Assembly (NCBI RefSeq): GCF_009914755.1
Contig: NC_060934.1
Direction: 5' to 3' (one strand)
Source: the human T2T-CHM13v2.0 reference genome, Homo sapiens
Length of the DNA stretch: 64,000 nucleotides
The notes beneath the pieces were generated by a model. That model saw only the letters and a program-made list of their open reading frames with translations. It made no database searches and was not told where the DNA came from. Of the stretch, positions 49,941 to 64,000 are shown piece after piece. Every line of letters starts with the position of its first letter. The stretch's first letter is position 1. The translations under genes were made by a program, and so were the position numbers.

Positions 49941-50630
49941 TGGGACCTTGGTTTGGACACTTTCGGTGATGGGGAGCTTCTACAGCATGTAGCAGCTCAT
50001 CCATTTTCAGAAAGCCTTAATTGAAGTTCAGTCCCAAGACTGAATTGTAATCCACTTCCCTGTCATTTGCACCAACTGATCTCTCTGGAACAACTCAGGA
50101 GATTATTGTTTCTTCTATGTCTGTGCTTCAGCTATCCAATGTCCCAACTTTCTCTCATCCAGACTAATCAACTCCAGCTCCTCCAAAGTTTCCTTACTTG
50201 ACATGGATTTTGTACCCATTGGCATCCATAAGTTGTTACGTCCCCATAAAATGCATAGCAATCCCTCCCATATTACCCTGAATACACCCTATCTTGGAAG
50301 AGAAACTGGGTCAGGTGCGACAAGAATTTGGAGGAGGGAAGCTGAGATAACCCAGCCAGAGCTCTAGAGTCAGCAGATCCAAGCACAACTGAATCTCAGC
50401 TCCACTTGCTATTGAAAGACTGATCCTGGGCAAAATGCTTACTTTCTCTGAACCTTAGTTTCTTCTTCTGTACAATGGGAAAAATAAGGGCATCCATATT
50501 ACAGAGTTATTCTAAGAGTTAAATAAGACAAGAAATGCAAACCACTTTTAGCAGAGTGCCTGCCACAGCTTTAAGGACTCAGAGCTTCTGCAAACTTTAC
50601 CTCTAACCTAAATGGCTCTCCATGCCCCTA

Positions 50631-51926
<1,296 letters not shown>

Positions 51927-52264
51927 AGTAAATGCTCATTTTCTCATCACTTAGGCATCTTAAGCTGCAGGCCATTTTTCATCTGCTCCTTGCCACAGAT
52001 GGAAAGGTAAAAATCCAGGTTGGAAGGGAAGCAGTCAGCAGTGAGGACAGAGAAGAACCAGAAAACTCTCTCTCCCTTTCACCTATATGAATGATTCTGA
52101 TTTCTTACCTCTTGTAATAGCAAAGATCTCCACTACAGTTATAGCTGTCTATCTTGTTCTAACTTTAATGGAAATGCCTTTAATCTTTTGCCATTAATTA
52201 TGCTTTTTTCTAGATTTTGTACCAAACAGTCTTTATCCAATTGGGGGGAGATCTCTTCTGTGCC

Positions 52265-53701
<1,437 letters not shown>

Positions 53702-53987
53702 AAAAAAAATGTTACCCAGTGTGGCATGTACTGATTGCTATTCTACCCGTATCATGTAGTCGCATTTGTTTTGTTTTCAGCATGATTGATGGAAAATTGG
53801 CCATCCTGCCCTGGGATAACCAGGAGTTCACTGTGCTTGATTTCTTTTCTAGCTCCCTTCTTCACCACAGGGGGTGAAGAAAATAAGTCCTCAGCAACCC
53901 ATCATAAAGAGAAAATTTAAATTGACACAGGCAATGTGTCAGACAGCTTTGGGATAGTCTCAGAAGGTGGAAAGTAAAGAAAATCTA

Positions 53988-54889
<902 letters not shown>

Positions 54890-55296
54890 TCAGTGATAAG
54901 AGTTTGGGAACCAGACTGAAGTCACTCTAGAGCAGGGATGGTGATGCATCATTTTAGAATCCTTAACACAGTGCCTTCTTACCACACACACCCATGAAGT
55001 GCTCATTATGTTTCAAACACACACATGAAAAGGACACATAGTAGACCCCCATGCATCCATTACCCAGCCCCAAGAATCATCCCTCAAGCCCAGTCTAGCT
55101 TTTCTATGCTCCCATCAGCTGACCTCTAAATATCCCAAAGACCATTTTGAAGCAAGTGCCGAAATTATATAATTTCACCTACAAATATTTCAGTATGTCA
55201 CTCTGAGATAAGTAATATGTAAATATAGCCACAAAATCATTATCAGACCTAAAATGTTAATAATACTTCCTTAAATATCATTTTTTATCATTATGA

Positions 55297-56824
<1,528 letters not shown>

Positions 56825-58557
56825 TTCTGTGAACTCAACTTCTGAGATAATCTCTAAGGTCCTTCTTAGTCCTGCCCTCAGATCAAGTAAAGAATAGAGC
56901 CCATCCTTGGCCTCATATAGTATACACATTGAGACACAAAGGTTATTTTCTTCTTGGGTCTTACAGGAAAGATTTCTGAAAGGTAGGAGGAAGAGGGTGT
57001 GTGTAAACCCAACTCATCTCCTCAGGCTAGAGGAGGAGGCCTGAGGCTGTCAGTGAAAGTGGGGTGGGGGTGGGGAGTAGGGGGACAGAATCACAGCTCT
57101 GTCCTGGGAAATCAGGGAGAGAGTGGTTGCTTCAATTTCAAGTCATCTCCTCAAATCAACCCAAGTGCATGTCTCAACAGAACTGATTCCCTGTAACTAC
57201 TTTCCTGCCGACCCTCTCTTCCCCACTCCCTGCTCTTCAGTTAGGGTAGTGTAGTTTGGGGAGGCACATAAAAATGCCTGGAGATCCTAAGTTGGAAAAG
57301 TAAGGTGTGAGGAAGGTAACCTGGTCACCCTGGCAAAAAAGAGAGCTTGACTGAGTCAGTCCCTATCCCAAGACTGGGTGGATCCAGTCACCACCCAAGA
57401 GTCCTGGGCCTGAGGCCAGCTTCTGCACTGCCCTGCCCTGTCCCTGCATAACCAGGGTATGACAACTCAAGCATCCAGGTGAAAGGAATGACACAAACAG
57501 AACCTGTCTCCTTTAGCTTCCAAGACTCAAAGAAGTGAGCTTTGTGAGAGGGAAAAGCCTGGTTGAGAATGTCAGATAGAGGTGGGCATAACTCGATTTA
57601 TAGCTTTTAAGCACTTAGACATTTGTCACATGGGACAATATTTGCACTTTTGCAAACACCAGGGCAGTGTTGGTCCTTCTGGCTTGGGCATTTCAAGTGA
57701 GTGTTTGGATGCCCCAAGTGAGGACGTCTGGTTAGACTTCATGGTCCAGGCTAGTCCCCTGTCCAGCTTTTTCTTTTCCTTTCCCAGTCATGGAAAGGAA
57801 AACATGGAAAACAGACCACCTTTGGCATTACTGAATTCTGAGCATGTCCAGAATTTGGCTTGGGGCTGCTGCTTTTTGTGTAAAGTTAGGGGAAACCTGC
57901 AGTTTTGGAAAAGCATCTGGGAGCAAGAGATACATCTTGGGTTCTTCCTTCTTTCAGAAAGGTCCTGATAGCCAAGGATAGTCCCTCTCAATTACCACAA
58001 CTGTATGCCCCTGCCCCTTGATCAAAGCTGATTAACACAGTGCAGACACCTTGCCCAAATTTCCTTATCTGAGAGCTCCAAAGAGAGAGGGATGTTCCGA
58101 GGATGAGAATTTCCGAAACTTAATTCCTTCCTTGCCTAAATCTTTGCTGTTCATCTTTTCCTTCAGTTATGTGACACACTCCATACCCTTCAAAAAACAC
58201 GGCTTTTTGCTCATTCGAGCTAACTTAAGTCAGTTTCTGTTGTCTGCATCCACACACAGATGAAAAACCCTTAACTGAAATTACTGTTCAATGGTGCTCT
58301 GGATGAAGAGCCCAGGCACCTAAATTCATCCCTTTCCCTCTGACTCCCCCATCCCTGTCATCACGTCTTTAAATCCCAGACTCATTATCGTCTGCTTACA
58401 GCCAGCACCAAGGCAATAAGGGGAGATAAAAATGAGAAAAAAATGATGATGATGATAATAATACTTATTTTTTGAGCACCTTTTATACCAGGAATTGTGT
58501 TAAGTGCTTTACATAAATCATTTTATTGAATCAAATCCTCATAAACAACTCTGGGTT

Positions 58558-59035
58558 TGTTAGGATGCTTTTGACTCCATGTAAGAGAAATCCCAAATAA
58601 AAATAGCTTAAACGTGAGGAAATGAGTTATTTTCTATGTAATAATAAGTCCCTACCAGGGGTAGCTTTAGGGTTGGTTAAATTAGAAGCTTGATGATGTC
58701 ATTAGGCACCCCAGTTCTTGCCATCTTTTCACTCTGCCATCCTTAGTTGGCTTGGATCGTCAGCCTGGGTACCCTTGTGACCACAAAATGGCTGTTACAC
58801 TTCCAGGCATCCCATCTGGACATGACAGTATTTAGCAGAGGGACGATCTCTTCCTTGTATCTTTTTTAAGTACAAGAAAAGCTTTCCAAGAAGCCTCTAG
58901 TTGATCACCCCTCTCATCTCAGTGGCCAGAACTGGGTCATACATGCATGCTTAATCCAACCATTGACCCAAAAGTGGTATTATTGCAATGGGCCTACACC
59001 AAGCATAATTCACCCCTGAGTTGAAAGAGGAAGAG
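58558..59035 (-). mobile_element. MLT1-type MaLR LTR
   Basis: TGTTAGGATGCTTTTGACT...CACAAAATGGCTG...CATCTCAGTGGCCAGAACTGGGTCATA. Confidence 0.7.
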
Positions 59036-59073
59036 ATAAAACACTCTGAAAAAAAAAAAGAAAAATGAGATCT

Positions 59074-62794
<3,721 letters not shown>

Positions 62795-63384
62795 CGGAAA
62801 GGGCTCTTTCCTCTCCAGAATTTCAGTTCATTAGTCCTCATTGATGGCACAACTCTGAGGTGTCTTAAAAAGGTGATTTCTGTAACTTACTCTGTTTTTT
62901 CTAGTTGCTTCAGCAGGAGTGTTGGATTGTTCCTACATATACATCCTATCCAGAAGAGGAAGCCCTCTGAAACCCTTTCAACATTTAACCATAGTGAGGT
63001 CATCCAGATATATACGGCTGAATCAACCCAGAGCATACCATGGCCCCTGCTCCACACCTCTACTACAGTGAGGACAGGTGGCCCAAACAGACTAGAGTCT
63101 TTTTGCAGCGAAACTGGGGACCATGAGCCTTTTTATTTTTACAGTGGGTGGAAAGTCTGACAAAGCTGTGAGAATAAGTCTGGAAGCTTCCAATGGCTAT
63201 GCCCCATGCTCATGGAAGAGGCCAGTCTCCAGCAGGAGGAAATGAAGCCCTTCCACGGAAAGGAGAGGCATTGGGAGCACCCAGGGGATGTTGGAGTCCC
63301 TGATTCCAGTCACTTGCTCCTGCTGTGGTTTGGTTACCTGAGCCACATACTTCCCTTTTCTTCCTAAGCTAGTTCCAGTTTCTT

Positions 63385-63755
63385 TTTTAAAAAATTTATT
63401 TGTGTATATTTATGGGGTACATGAGAAAATCTGTTATATGTATATAATACATAGTGATCAAGAAGCGGCATTCGGGGTGTCTGTCATGTGAGTACAACAC
63501 ATTTTTGTTAAGTTTAGTCATCCTACTCTGCTATGGAATATTGAATTTATTCCTTTTATTTTACTGTATATTTGTATGTTTTAACACTTCTCTTTATCCG
63601 CCTGCCCCCCACCACTGTCCCTTCCATCTCTATTATCTGTTTTTCCATTCTTTAGCTCCATGTGGTCAATTTTTTTAGCTCCTACATATAAGTGACAACA
63701 TGCAATATTTGTCTTTCTGTGCCTGGCTTTTTCCACTTAAGAGAATAACCTCCAG
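63385..63755 (-). mobile_element. L1MA-type 3' end hosting the RPS3A retrocopy
   Basis: TATATTTATGGGGTACATGAG...TTTTTAGCTCCTACATATAAGTGACAACATGCAATATTTGTCTTTCTGTGCCTGGCTT. Confidence 0.85.
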
Positions 63756-64000
63756 GCCTTGTGGCTCTCTGAGCAGCACCACGGTGGTTGGCAAGAACAA
63801 GCACCTTACAAAAGGCAGCAAAAAGGGAGCCAAGAAGAAAGTGATGGATCCATTTTCTAAGAAAGATTGGTATAATGTGAAAGCATCTGCTATGTTCAAT
63901 ATAAGAAATATTGGAAAGACGCTAGTTGCCAGGACCCAAGGAACCAAAATTGCATCCGATGGCCTCGAGGGTCGTGTGTTTGAAGTGAGTCTTGTTGATT
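63756..64000 (+). pseudogene. RPS3A: Processed pseudogene of 40S ribosomal protein S3a (eS1), 5' part, continuing beyond the window
   Basis: From 63781 it translates (T)[72 protein letters not shown] versus RPS3[74 protein letters not shown]. No introns, start codon ATG>ACG, and a degenerate 5' UTR (GGCTCTCTGAGCAGCACC) is retained. Confidence 0.96.

Noticed and set aside
63675-63947. 90-aa minus-strand hydrophobic ORF
   Set aside because: Antisense frame of the RPS3A pseudogene running into L1.

Overview
Primate, almost certainly human, genomic DNA that is Alu-dense and carries MIR, L2, L1M, HAL1, MaLR/ERV LTR and MER relics. I see no intact protein-coding exon, and the supplied ORFs look like Alu, LTR, low-complexity or GC-rich artefacts. 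A CpG-island promoter (~29.7-30.95 kb) drives a minus-strand gene whose short non-coding first exon ends at a consensus donor at 30510/30509, so 1-30509 is read as its first intron. From memory, this exon plus an RPS3A retrocopy ~33 kb upstream fits the 5' end of SORBS1 (10q24); this is recall, not a database result. The window ends inside the RPS3A processed pseudogene, and a Y1 RNA pseudogene at 53161-53701 is split by an Alu. I found no convincing new gene system. The most unusual signal is a set of locally templated copies: a 384-bp inverted copy of nearby DNA inside one Alu (55312-55695), a 107-bp direct copy with a snap-back junction inside the Alu within the Y RNA (53425-53537), a two-template micro-insertion in a FLAM (22844-22864), and a fold-back duplication forming a 43-bp-stem hairpin in intron 1 (942-1064). 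They look like fossil template-switching or polymerase-theta-type repair scars. Repeat subfamily names are by-eye calls and need RepeatMasker/Dfam confirmation.
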